A stretch of DNA of 63,988 nt, the filler included, from Octopus bimaculoides (Eukaryota): assembly GCF_001194135.2 (NCBI RefSeq). It is 7 parts of 6 records of this genome, joined end to end, with 100 filler letters (N's around TTAATTAATTAA, not from the genome) between each part and the next. Parts side by side here need not be neighbours in the genome. Positions count along the whole stretch, not along the records: positions 1 to 29,391 come from NC_068983.1; 6 more parts are not named here. One strand, written 5' to 3'. Under the pieces are notes generated by a model. The model saw only the letters and a list, made by a program, of their open reading frames with translations. It ran no database searches and was not told the origin of the DNA. The first letter of the stretch is position 1, and every line of letters begins with the position of its first letter. The translations under genes and the position numbers were made by a program. Below, piece after piece: positions 1 to 12,019 of the stretch.

Positions 1-355
1 GATTTAACTGAGGCAGCATTCATCCAAACTTTCAAGATCCAACCTCAGATTTATCATCGCATTGTCTCTCTACTACCTCTGTCAAATGAATCACCAAAAT
101 TGGCCTTTCATTATTTATAATCTGTACCTGTTTGTTTGGTTACGAAATAAAATACAAAAAACGTGTTTCTGAATTACGTGTATTTACTTTATATACATAT
201 GAGTTGAAAACTTTCTTCTAGCATTCCACTTAATGTTTATGTTCCATGCTGGCATGGATTGGAGAGTTATTAATGTAGAAATATGGTATCGTAGCTACTA
301 ACAGTTGAGGGTTGCGTAGTCTAGACGGCGTTTTTAGATTTCATTATTCTCTTTA

Positions 356-385
356 ACCCGGGAAACGCCGGGTATTTCTGCTAGT
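356..385 (+). mobile_element. Helitron 3' terminus (hairpin + CTAG)
   Basis: Perfect 6-bp stem ACCCGG-gaaacg-CCGGGT (356-373), then 7 nt, CTAG (381-384) and T. This is the canonical Helitron 3' end layout; a similar decayed motif lies at 42021-42048. Confidence 0.65.
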
Positions 386-872
386 TACTTATAAAAAATA
401 AGTTAAATAAGTTTGGGTCTATCTTACAAATAATACTTTAATAGAAATTTATGTTGCGTTTACAGAAAAATCTTTTAAATACTAATCAAGCAATTATGCA
501 TACATTTTGACAATTAGAAATATGTCTCATTACGTCAAACAACAGTTCGATATAGAGGTATGGAATAAATACCCGTAACAATTAGCGTATCGATTACTCC
601 ATTGTCGAATATAAGACATCGAGGGGTTGGGAGAATTTTTCCTCGAAGGAATATAGCATGCTCGGCTCTTAAATAATGATTTTTTATTATTATTTTGAAT
701 TAAAAACGGATTCACTGAATTCCTACAGACATGTACATTAATATTCTAGGTATTTTCAAATACCAGTTTCTATGAAATAGTGTATGCCTCGCACAACAGA
801 TTTTCCATTCCTTGAAAGATGATTACATGTATTTCTTAAATTTACTAACTTCAAGAACAGAAATGGCAGTGC

Positions 873-873
<1 letters not shown>

Positions 874-941
<68 letters not shown>
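874..941. repeat. (CA)n microsatellite
   Basis: Direct sequence. Confidence 0.98.
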
Positions 942-943
<2 letters not shown>

Positions 944-999
944 GGTGAATTGTGAACAACCGTAAAATACATCAACATTTATAATACACACATTTTAGG

Positions 1000-2100
1000 A
1001 TAACGATCTTTCATAAGTACCCGTGACTATGGCTTTTCTTCAGTAGACTTAGTATAATCAGTAACTCTTGGTACTGATTTAATCTAGTTCCATTTAGGAC
1101 GATCTCGAACATAATTTTCGATATTATTACAATATCCAGACCATAATTCTTCTAGTTGCAGTTTATTACTAGTAATGGACGTTGTGACGTACAAGTTTTA
1201 CAAAAGTGCCGTATCACTAACATTTTTCTGATCAACAGTAAGCATTTGCTTAGGTGTCTTATAATTGATCTCACAAACTGAGTATTTGTTCCCTCCATTC
1301 ATTTTGATACGATCAGTAATCTTAGACAAAAGCTATATAATTCTTTGTTTCATCATGTATTTCTCTTTCAAGCACAAATGTTCTCTCAGCCATCCATCGA
1401 ATAAATGATATACTATCGAACTTTCTCTTGACTAGTTAATTGAATTTTATTCTAGTCATGACATGAACGTGAGAGATTGCATTGCCTTTTATGTAGAAAG
1501 TCTCAGACAGAAGTAGCTAAATGAATTGCCTATCATAATGTCCTAGTATATAATATTTCAGGCAGTACTCGTCTAAGACAGATATAGATTCTGTAAGCTT
1601 ATGTTTAACCCCAAAGAAACATTATATCCAATAAAAATGATTGCGCTCTTTGCGAAGGCTACGCAGTCGTTACAATTTCTCTTTTACTATTAGAATAGTT
1701 GCTTTCAGCTTCCGATAGCTTAATAATATTGGACGGGATGCTCCTACTGAAACAGTTGTCATGATACTGTATGTTGACTGGAATTTGTATTGACTTTGAC
1801 CGCGTTAATTGTACCAAATATCTGTGAAAAAGTTGGTTGAACCATATCTTCCTTTAATGTTTCAAACAGACAACTGAGTTTCTTCTTCCATAATAATAAA
1901 ATAAAAAAATAAAGATAACTTGAAGTCTCTTATTTGTTGGATTGAAATTCTACTGACGTTTTCAAAATATACTACAGTCAATAGGCCATAAAATTGGTCA
2001 GATCTCAAAACGACTGCAATAATTTTCTGTTCTTTATTATATATAGGTCTAGTATCTTCACCGACGTTGCGCCTATTTGCCTACAATGTTTCTTTGTATA
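1000..2100 (-). mobile_element. Heavily decayed RTE-like LINE, RT to C-terminal region
   Basis: Minus-strand remnants such as GNSFSYF (cf. F-K-Y-L-G) and RDRPKWN (cf. the AQDRxxW RTE C-terminus); many frameshifts. Confidence 0.4.
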
Positions 2101-2169
2101 TTTTATATCACGAATAGGTCAATTAGTCTCCAAGAAAAGCACACTTCTCATTAACTGCTATACCATGTG

Positions 2170-3120
2170 AGAATCATTATTATTCTTTAACTCAGGTTTT
2201 GTCGGAACTCCTGGAGTCTTGCATGCATAACGGATTTTTTACATACAGACCACGGCAATCTGCAATCTGTTCTGTTCTTTTCAGTTATCTAATAATTGTT
2301 TGATGATTGTGGCTGTACCAAGGAGGCAAACCTTTTGTAACAGTTTTGGGTACACTATTTCCATTTCTTTTATAGTCCTCTTGATGCTACCTGATACATT
2401 CCTACAAAAATTGTCACGATCTTCATATTCTTCATTTTCCACAGTCGAGTAATCTCATATTTAAGAGGGTCCTATATGTCTATTTTTTCACCTTCTTAAC
2501 TATTTGTGGGTCGAAATGGCATGCAACATTAGTTACAGAGCACATGTAGTTCATCTTGACTACTGCTACTAAGTTTGGCTTGTTGTGCTCGAGCACTTGG
2601 TACGTTTTCGAAAAGTAAATTCCATAAGATTTTGCGAGTCTCCTACTCTGCCACACTCTGTGGTTTATGCTCATACCACGGCTTACCTCCTTTTAGACCC
2701 CTATTTTTTCAGTTTCCAATGTAGCATTTTCACTCTCTCATCGAGTCAGCATCAACTTATTTTGCATTTTGGCAAGTCGATGGCATTCATTCACGATATG
2801 GGCTATGGTTTCATCAAATGCTACAGATTAAGTACAATGGAGACATTTCCTCATTCCTAGAGACCGTCTTCCAATTTGTGGCCAGAGCTTGGTTTTACGC
2901 TACCAGTATTTTGCTCTCAGTCTATTTCATATTATGTTTAAATTTGTCTGCCTTCATCTTTAAATGCCTTACCATACACACGCCTTCTGTTTTTACAAAC
3001 CTTCCTCGTCTCATCACGGTCACAGCGCATTCTGAAAGTTCAAACTCCAACTTGACATCATTTGAGAAAATCCGCACAGAATGGTCTAGACTTTCCACAC
3101 ACCAAATTGTCCATTTACAA
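2170..3120 (-). mobile_element. R4/Dong-like RLE non-LTR retrotransposon, decayed 3' part with internal deletion
   Basis: Minus-strand pieces: SVRIFSNDVKLEFELSECAV (late RT), QNQALATN, ETIAHIVNEC (CCHC knuckle), WYEHKPQSV, EHNKPNLV (PD of the RLE), LKYEITRLWKMK, LQKVCLLGTATIIKQLL*. Confidence 0.75.
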
Positions 3121-3204
3121 AGTCATGTGATAGAGAAAAAGGGGAAGAAAAACCGAAAAAATAAAAAACAAAATAAAGGGTAAACAAAGAAAATAAAGGA
3201 GAAA

Positions 3205-3370
3205 ATGGAAAGAAAATTCACAGCGACAATGCTCTTCTCAATACATGTGACATATCAGTTAAGACAATCTTTTGCACTTCCTGTATGGATGGTAAGCCGG
3301 CGATCATTCTTAAATACTTTTCAGTTCCCTTTTTGATCATTCCAAGTGCTCCTACAACCACTGGCATTAT
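3205..3370 (-). mobile_element. R4/Dong-like element, short 5'-truncated C-terminal fragment
   Basis: Minus strand reads IMPVVVGALGMIKKGTEKYLRMIAGLPSIQEVQKIV...LRRALSL*; close to 17436-17529. The 5' junction abuts a TAA-rich tract. Confidence 0.8.
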
Positions 3371-3555
3371 CATTATTATCATTATCATTATTGTTGTTGT
3401 TGTTGTTATTATTATTATTATTATTAAAAAAAAAGAGTGCCATTGTCTTCAAGTCAACGATATTTCGACATCTCTTGTGTCTTCTACATGTTCAAAAATT
3501 AAACGTGTCAATCTACTTCATAAGTATTAACCAAAACCCTTCTTTTTTTGCAATT

Positions 3556-3690
3556 ATTATTATTATTATTATTGAGTGAGAGGGCAGTGGATGCCATCAA
3601 AATGACACTGGGGTAAACTATACGAAGCCCATTATACCCATCATGACTATCCGTCTGATAAAGGTACACCAGGCACATGCATCATAACCA

Positions 3691-3700
<10 letters not shown>
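3556..3700 (-). mobile_element. 3' end of a (TAA)n-tailed retroposon, family unassigned
   Basis: ~120 bp of complex sequence ending ...ctctcactc-aataataat on the minus strand, with (TAA)n tracts on both sides. Confidence 0.5.
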
Positions 3701-3753
<53 letters not shown>

Positions 3754-3754
3754 T

Positions 3755-4545
3755 AGGATATGTGCCTATATGTTCACTGATTTCGATCAGTATTTTAGTA
3801 TTTAAATTTGTTGTCTATGTAGAAATCAATCCTGGTTTGCCCTACATGATTTTTGTCATATTCCGTGTTTGACATTGTTTAAAATTTGTTTGACCGTGTT
3901 TAAAAAGAACCTCCAATATTTCTGACAGATTAAGCATATACTACCATTATGATGGCATGCATTTGAAGAAATGTTCAGTGCTGATGTGATTCGAAAAATA
4001 ATGTTATAGACCGCGTTGTTTTAGGGATTGTGGCTGGAAGTGTATGGCATGACATTCAGTTTTGAGATATTTCTTTGTTTTGTTCCGTTTAGTACCTGGA
4101 TATTAATTTTTTTGGCTTGCTGAATTCTATTATTGATTACGGATGGTTAATTTCTGTCAAACAATGTATCCTTAAGCTTTTGAAGTCATATATAACAAAT
4201 GTTTTCATTAGATACAATTATGCCGATTCAGTAGGCTAAATTATGAGGAACATGTACTATGGCGTGTCTCAGATGGTACAAATTTAAGAGTAGATACTGC
4301 TTGGAAACTGTAGGCTTGAACTCTAGGTCAGTTGGTATTCAGTTGTTGACTTTTTCTGTTATGAAGATATCTAGGAACAGAAGTCTGTCTTGACAATATT
4401 TTATTGTAAATTGTTTCTTTGTTAATTCCTTTGAGTAATGTTTTGAATTCTTTTAGTCTCTCTATGCTTTCATTCTGTAGAATGAAGTAATCATTGCAGA
4501 ATTTTCCCAGTTTGTTGTGTATTTTTAAAGAAAGAGTTTCCATGT
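3755..4545 (-). mobile_element. Penelope-like element, decayed RT C-terminus and GIY-YIG region
   Basis: Minus strand: FKPTVSKQYLL..YHLRH...PHNLAY*IGIIVSNEN (cf. YKPTDSxQYLxFxSxHPxH..IPYNLARRI), PYTSSHNP, and HVGQT (cf. YIGQT). Confidence 0.7.
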
Positions 4546-4574
4546 TTTTGCAATAATTGTGTTACATCATGATC

Positions 4575-5060
4575 TCTAAAAAACGGACATCTTAATGTGG
4601 TGTGAAGGAAAGAAAGTTGTAAATCTAGTCGAGTTATCGTTTCCTCATGAAGATATCATGGACGCCACTCGGGCTCGAAAGATTGACGGTTATGTAAACC
4701 TCCTCGTGGAATGTGAAGATGCAGGCTGGAAAGCGGAACATTTTCCACTCGCAGTCGTATGTAGAAGGTTTGTTGGACAGTGTAAAATGATTGTTGTTAT
4801 GATTAGGCCTAACTCATCGTAAAGGAAATACCACCATGGCCGATATCCAAAGTACAGTGGAGAAGGCTAGCCACTGGATTTGGTTAAAAAGAGACGATGA
4901 ACGATGGCTAGAGAAATATTGAGCTATATTTAATAACCAGTTGATTTAGCAAGCGGGGCCTCATATCAGTGAGGGGGACCAGTGCGCACTGATGCCGTCG
5001 AGAGGTAGGTCTCGAAACGGCGCGCATTCTCTCCTGATGACCCCATACACTTGCTGGCTT
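4575..5060 (+). mobile_element. HERO-like RLE non-LTR retrotransposon, 3' fragment with 3' UTR
   Basis: (P)DILMWCEGKKVVNLVELSFPHED...RKIDGY..L..ECEDAGWKAEHFPLAVVCRRFVGQ...EKASHWIWLKRDDERW resembles the HERO-clade C-terminus (RPDIVxW..ELTVPWE..K..KY..L..EC...GW...PVEVGCRGF..A..AS.WLW.KR). Confidence 0.75.
4994..5040 (+). ncRNA. Hammerhead-like ribozyme core in non-circularly permuted order (candidate)
   Basis: GCCGU-C (4994-4999) pairs with GAA-ACGGC (5014-5021) as stem III. GAGAG (5000-5004) pairs with CUCUC (5029-5033), directly before CUGAUGA (5034-5040), as stem I. Canonical stem II is absent. Confidence 0.5.
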
Positions 5061-5952
5061 CCAATATGTGGAGTTCTCGACTGGTAGCACTTGCATGTGC
5101 AAGTTGTTTGCATGACATCATATTAATACAAAACTCAATATCCACTAAATAATCATACTTTTTATACATCTTTTCGCTAAAAACCTTCCTGATTACCTCA
5201 TTCATAATCCCGATAAACATCGTAACCATTTGTCCAGCCGTTTGACCGTGAAAGTAAGATTATCATTATCATCATCATCATTATTATTATAATTAGTATT
5301 ATTATTATTATTATATGCATATGTTATAGCACAACTCATCATCGTATTATTGGTGATCTAATGCATATGCATAAACGCAGACACAGAAAAATACTTTTTT
5401 CATTGCTGCTTAAAATATGTTAGAAAATCTAATATATAAGGTACACCCAATGGCGCCCATGTATGGTTGTTAGTTAATGTACGATCTGATATTCCATGCG
5501 AAGTTTGCTTTAAGATATTCTATCTTCTAATGTGTATTGCAGTAGCAGAATATCATGAAATGGTCAAAAAGAAATTGTTTTGTTTCTTTATAATAGAGCA
5601 ATGCAGCGAATGTGACTTTTTAAAATTATATCTTTAGTCACAAAAGTAATATGCAAATTAAAAAGAAATGAAAGTAGTTAAAAAAAAAAAAAAGCCTTCA
5701 GCTCTGTACTAAAAAAATTCTTTTGAAGCAGTGTAAATATAGAGGCTGATAAAGTTTACATTTTCGAATGAAATTTTCTTTCCAAAATTGATTTAGCTTA
5801 TCAAATTGCTGAAGCGCATTCCATCACGAAATAATAGCAGCGATTAGAAAACAAAAATATATATGCGTGGTATATTTTCCAAATTGTTTTAGTAATTTAT
5901 TTTCATTTTCATATTATGGCTCTGATATTTATATTCAAGATATCACTGTTAT

Positions 5953-6433
5953 NNNNNNNNNNNNNNNNNNNNNNNNNNNNNNNNNNNNNNNNNNNNNNNN
6001 NNNNNNNNNNNNNNNNNNNNNNNNNNNNNNNNNNNNNNNNNNNNNNNNNNNNNNNNNNNNNNNNNNNNNNNNNNNNNNNNNNNNNNNNNNNNNNNNNNNN
6101 NNNNNNNNNNNNNNNNNNNNNNNNNNNNNNNNNNNNNNNNNNNNNNNNNNNNNNNNNNNNNNNNNNNNNNNNNNNNNNNNNNNNNNNNNNNNNNNNNNNN
6201 NNNNNNNNNNNNNNNNNNNNNNNNNNNNNNNNNNNNNNNNNNNNNNNNNNNNNNNNNNNNNNNNNNNNNNNNNNNNNNNNNNNNNNNNNNNNNNNNNNNN
6301 NNNNNNNNNNNNNNNNNNNNNNNNNNNNNNNNNNNNNNNNNNNNNNNNNNNNNNNNNNNNNNNNNNNNNNNNNNNNNNNNNNNNNNNNNNNNNNNNNNNN
6401 NNNNNNNNNNNNNNNNNNNNNNNNNNNNNNNNN
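5953..6433. other. Assembly gap (N-run); other gaps occur throughout the window
   Basis: N characters. Confidence 1.
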
Positions 6434-6497
6434 AATGGAATTTTGGTTAGCTTCTAAAACTTGTTCATAAGATTAAAATACGGAAAATACTTCACAG

Positions 6498-6563
6498 AAG
6501 TTGTTAAAAGATAATTATATTGGAGCTCCAAAATATCAGTTTGAGAAGGGTAGTTCACTGCAG
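6498..6563 (+). CDS. Candidate small internal exon, product unknown (KLLKDNYIGAPKYQFEKGSSLQ)
   Basis: cttcacAG acceptor, 66-nt open phase 0-0 frame, CAG|GTgcga donor. No homology recognised. Confidence 0.25.
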
Positions 6564-7677
6564 GTGCGATTGCATTTTGAAAAATAAAATTTGCAATTTA
6601 TACACTTCGCACATATTTCTGACCATTTCGAGAACTCAAATTTTCAAGTTTCAAAGCTAAAATAATTTCATTTACTAATAATAATTTCGTTTACTAATAT
6701 TCACTGACTAACTATGAATAATTGTTGCTCTTATACCCTACCCCAGTTAGCCATGTTTAAGCAAGGTCACAATCCAGATTCGAAGATTTCTTTTTTATAT
6801 AACTAGAATTATATTGAAAAATGCATCCTTCATTTTAAAGGCAGTAGGTTGTGATTTGAGTGTTCTTTCTCTGATACTTTTAATCTGCCGAACGCTTGTG
6901 TAGAAGATCCCTCAATGAATCTATAATAGTTTAGCACATGAAGAATGTATTTTTATTACCATATTATTGAATAGAAATAAAAGTTTATTGCCAAATATTT
7001 GAGGCATATGAATCAAATGAAAATTTTCAAAAGAGAAGTTCTGAGATCTGAAAAGCAAATTGTAATTTTGACAAATATTTTATGATATAAAAATTATATG
7101 TGTTTGAAAATCACAGATACATGTGTATTTTATTCACTTTTTATTTACATTTTAATTATGTATTTTTTTACTTGATCATTCTAAATGCAATGAAGTGAAA
7201 TATTAATTGTTTGATGAGAGCCAATATTTTATTTAAACATTCAATAACAATTGTTTAATCCGACTGCATCTAATAGAATACGGTTATGAGGATACAGTAA
7301 TAATATAGTATTCGTTTTAAGCACATAGACACAAGCATAAACTAGTAGACATGTAACCAAAGAGCAACCTTTTAGCTTGTGAACTGCGTATTAGGACAAT
7401 ATGGATTTTAGATTTGATTTTATATCTATTGTATATATGTTCCTGATAAAGTTAACTTGCATTTTTTTGTTTTAAAAGTGATGAAAGATATATCCAGTCC
7501 AATATATTTTTGCTTTTGATTTTTTGATAGTGTACGTACAAGGATACCTATTTTAACTCATCATGTATGACATAACAAAGGATGCAAAGTGTTCATTGTT
7601 GTTAAATGTTACAAAATAATGTTTTTAATATAAATAGTAATAACGAACATCTGTTTAAATAATTACCGTTATTTCAG

Positions 7678-7790
7678 ATTTAAGAAAATGCCCATTTAGA
7701 CATGATGTATGCAGCTGCATCCCCTTTACAATATCCTGCAAAAGAAATCGTCATACGGAAGATTGAGAAATCTTTTAATAAACAAGCAGA
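7678..7790 (+). other. Candidate terminal exon or UTR exon
   Basis: gttatttcAG acceptor at 7677 opens a non-repetitive block; AATAAA at 7777-7782. Phase 0 gives I*; phase 1 gives a 29-aa peptide with 4 Cys. Confidence 0.25.
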
Positions 7791-8944
7791 TGTTAAACCG
7801 TGGCAATTTCGTAAATATTTATCCAGAAAGAGTCGATCTTCCTTGCAAATATGCAGTTTTGGACAATGTGTTTGAAATACTCGTTGCTTAATTGATTCTC
7901 GACCAGAATGCACTGATGTAGTCATCGTGGTGCAGTGCTATGGCTTAAGTAGTATTCTACTATGGTAAACAGGATAAATTTAGCAGTTCCTAATCTAGGA
8001 AGAGGCATAATGTTTAATGCAGAGTCTGAAACAGTGAAATATGACAGAGGTTCGAGAAAAGCAAATGTTACTGCCAACTGCAGTCTCCTTGTGCAGTGCA
8101 GTGTCTCACAAGAGTCCCTGAAAGTAATTATTTTCACACGGATAACCACTTCGATATAGGGTAAATGTTTGAATTTATATTTAATGTATGGATGGCTTCC
8201 GTATAAGTGAGCACATATTCCTATCTTATATTTGTCCCCTAACCATACAAATCCATCATCACTAGGAGTAATTTTATAACTCAACAAGATGAGTGAATGT
8301 TAAGTCGTAAATCTTAAGATGTTGTTTCTCCCCTAAATTCCCCCACCAAATGCATATTTAGAGAGTTATGAGCCTAACCATTAAAAACTCTAATTTCATT
8401 GGAAAATACCTTCATATACACCAATATTTATGGAGTTTGTTTCACTCGTGAGACCATCAGAGAAAATGTACTTCTTTTCCCCTAGACAGTAGTTTCTGTC
8501 ACTCTATTTCTAACCAAACATTATTTTCCTGATCAGAATTTATATCTCAGTATGGTTTAGAAAATAGTGTCTGTATATATAATGAACTGATTTTAGTCTA
8601 AATATTCGCATTTGGATTCTAACAGGAAATCCCCTCCAGTTACACTGTGCTCTAAAATACCTCCTCTGTATTCTCGCAATTTCCTACCCTTGGTACTGAT
8701 ACACAAACCAATTTATTTACCAGTCCGAAGAGTACAATCAGCATTAGTAATATGTCCATAACATTGATTGTTACATTTACACAACAAAATCACTATATGT
8801 ATAAACGTATACTTATCAAACGACTATTTAATCAGTGTAACAAACCCCATAGCTTCGCAGTCGCGCTCTTCAAATCCACATGTACATACCTAATTTGAGT
8901 AGGCTACACGCTAAAACATATCCATAAATGTTTTACAGGCACTA

Positions 8945-10129
8945 CACAGACATGCAAGAAGTAAATAGACACCTTTAATTTTCAAAATCTTTTATTGAAT
9001 ACGCAAAGCAAACAATTGAAATGTAATCGATAGGCAGGACTACATACCTTTGTATTTAGTTGACATTCCCTTTGCAGTTTATAATTCAGAAACTATTTTT
9101 GGCATTGAACTGATGAGCTATATGATTGTCTCTTGTAGAATTTCTGCCCACTTTTCACGAAAGAATCGAAACAATTCATTTTGGGATTTAGGTTTCTGTC
9201 GGGTTTTCGTATAGCTCTATCTAGTATGCTCCAAAGATTTTCAGTTGGGTTCATGTCAGGAGATTGCTTCGGCCAAGTAAGCCTTTTGATCCCATTTTCA
9301 GTCAGCCATTGCTGATTCCTTTTCACTGCGTGGCACGAAGCCCCATATTCCATAAATAAAAACTCATTTTTAGTTATGATATCGTGTGAATACATCGGAA
9401 GTAGTCCATGCTTAAGTATTTCGATGTATGTTTAAGAGTTTATAGTTGCTACACATTCGGTCAACTCAGAACGACCATTGCTGTTGACAGCTCCCATACC
9501 ATTACAGAGATAACGCCATGTTTCACAGTTGGTTGGAGTCGTTTCGAATCAAATTCTTGATTGGGAAGCTGCCAGACCCAAACACTGGATTCATCTTAGA
9601 AAATCACTCTATCCCAAAATGAACTGGATTTTTCTGACATCCCCTTAGCCCATTTGTTTCTTTTCATGATATTAATTTGTTGAAGGAGAGGTTTTCTTCT
9701 AGCGGCTCGGCCATAATACCCAAGCTTATGCAGATATGTAGCACACGTTCTTGGACCAACTTCTAGCTGTTTTGCAACGTCAGAAGCCTTCGAACTGGGT
9801 TTGCTTTCCAAAATTCTCTTCAAACAGCGAAGCTTCCTTTCCGAGGGCCCAGGGCGGCCAGGACTAGAATCTGTTGATTCACTTCATTGGCTTTTGAAGT
9901 ACACTATAATTCTATTAACAACAGCAAGAGGAATTGCCCAACAATACGACCTCTTTGAATTTTTTTTTTTGCGTGGCATGATTACTCTTCACAAACGTTT
10001 AATATAATGACACCTGGAATAAAAAAGAATAATTACATTGTAAATTCAACACCGCTGAAAACATATTAAGACGCTTAGATCAGAAATTTTGAAAATTAAA
10101 GGTGTCTATTTACTTCCTGCATGTCTGTG
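8945..10129 (-). mobile_element. Tc1-family DNA transposon, complete with both TIRs, transposase disrupted
   Basis: ~44-bp TIRs (CACAGACATGCA[A/G]GAAGTAAATAGACACCTTTAATTTTCAAAAT) with TA on both sides (8943-44, 10130-31). Minus strand: GYYGRAARRKPLL, VIF*DES, FMEYGASCH, WPKQSPDMNPTENLW. Confidence 0.95.
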
Positions 10130-10229
10130 TATATACACTAAAAAAAAAAAGCTACCCTAAAGCCACGTTTCCACTCTGCTGTCACCCCCTGTATTCACGT
10201 AGAACCAGTATGAAAACCTTACCGACTTC

Positions 10230-11050
10230 TTCCTTTGATAAAGACAATTGGCTTAAACAATACCACGACCGTTAATGCCAGGATTGGCTAGCCACAAGTA
10301 GCTATTATCGTAAGCGAATACTCCAAAAGTTCCTACTGTATAAATATCTATGTCAGTCTGTAGGAACACACTACGGTGTACTTTGAAGAGCCAGATCTGT
10401 AAGAAACCCTCTTTACTACATCGCACACCAGTAGGTACTTCCACCAGAGAACTTCAACGGAAGTGATGGCTTTGCACTTGGCATTAGCAAAAATCTCATA
10501 TGCGCGACTCGCATGAAATAATTTGCCCTTCGAGGTTTCAGTCTGACTTTCATCTATTTGACCTGGTAGTTTCTATCAGATTACTCCATTTCATATTGGC
10601 AGGAAATATCTTTTTGCGATCCACCTTTAATGTACCCCAAACTGCTTTTGTTTCTCATAGTACCTCTTTGGATTACTTGATGACATATCTGGAAAAATAC
10701 AACTAAGTTACACACATTTTCAGCTATTTGCACTCATATAGCTAATAATACCATGTAAACCATACCGTAATCAATTTATATATTTATCTAAATATTCACT
10801 ACCAAGCGTAATCTAGAGGCACTTTAGATCTGATAATAAGCGTATCACGATAACAGCAACAGCTAGGTATAATCGAACACTCCGTTCTTCAGTGAAAAAT
10901 TTAAAGACTGTGATGCAAAAAACAATATAGCAAATGATCTGCCTCGCCACCGTCATTTTGTTACTGGATTAGAGCTTATAGGACACTGGGTACCATAAAA
11001 AATTTCGAATGAGCTGAAAGATTATGTACTTAAGACCAAGCGCAGCAAAG
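10230..11050 (+). mobile_element. Decayed CR1/L2/Jockey-group LINE reverse transcriptase fragment
   Basis: ALGISK (cf. ALDISKAFD), NVPQTAFV (cf. GVPQGSVL), LHSYANNT (cf. IHSYADDT). Confidence 0.5.
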
Positions 11051-11144
11051 TGAATTGAATTGATGGTTCAATAATAGATTATTTAAAGAAATTATGGCGT
11101 ACAGTTTAAATCGATTAAGTTACAAATAATAAGGGATTATGTGA

Positions 11145-11156
11145 GATAGATAGATG

Positions 11157-11215
<59 letters not shown>

Positions 11216-11231
11216 GGATAGATAGATAGAT
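11145..11231. repeat. (GATA)n microsatellite
   Basis: Direct sequence. Confidence 0.97.
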
Positions 11232-11802
11232 GGGTGAAGAGAGAGAATAACAACGATAAAGAAAAGAATATAAAAGAACAAAGTTAAACATGCTCAGTGA
11301 AGTTATATTTATTGGAAGGAAATTGATAATGGTGTAAACATTCCAGAGGAAAAGCAAAACAATCCACTGAAATATATTAATATAACATTTATTTTAAGCA
11401 GAAAATTTCACAAATTGCAAGTTAATTTCGCATATTACCGATTCTCAAACGCGATAATAGGAATCGACTGATGTTGTATTTATATTCAAAGTAAACAAAT
11501 AACGTTAAATAGACAATGGACGCTAACAACAGAACTCTTTGTATTTGTTCCAAGTGCGAAACAGTATATATTAAATAACAACGTACGACATTCGACTTCT
11601 CCATATTTTGAAATATTTAACAATTATATTCCTATTTTGCATCACAAGAATGCGCATATGAAATATACATTAACAAGTGTCAAGTATTTACTATATTTCC
11701 ATAAACCATTTGATTTCTTTCAATTTAAATGGCATCTCACAAATGGTGTTTAAATAAAATTCAAAGGAAACAGTACAACCTCCTATGAAAACAATGACCA
11801 TA

Positions 11803-11945
11803 CAAGGTGCGTTCAAAAAGTATCCAACTTTATTTTTCCTCGCCAAAACTAATGCCACGTGAGCAAAATACATTTGGTGGGAGATGATGTTACCCTTTCC
11901 ACCTACGTGTGAACATTTTCGTGCCGATAAGCGGCAAGTGTTCCC
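11803..11945. mobile_element. Mariner-type terminal fragment
   Basis: TA followed by CAAGGTGCGTTCAAAAAGTATCC resembles a mariner TIR; no partner TIR found. Confidence 0.4.
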
Positions 11946-12019
11946 GGCTCTTTCATTGCTCTGATTGATATTTCATCAAGGATTTTAATCCCTTCTGATT
12001 TGGATTTTTCTCTCTCCGT

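Noticed and set aside
4983-5026. SECIS or standard type I hammerhead reading of the HERO hairpin using CUGAUG at 4989
   Set aside because: No 3' GA quartet partner for SECIS. For a type I hammerhead A9 is missing, and stem III, UH and stem I do not follow GAAAC.
7922-8287. 121-aa minus-strand ORF
   Set aside because: Starts at TTG, no recognisable domain, no supporting splice or start context.
8625-8634. NF-kB consensus site (GGGGATTTCC on minus)
   Set aside because: Single isolated 10-mer with no supporting context.
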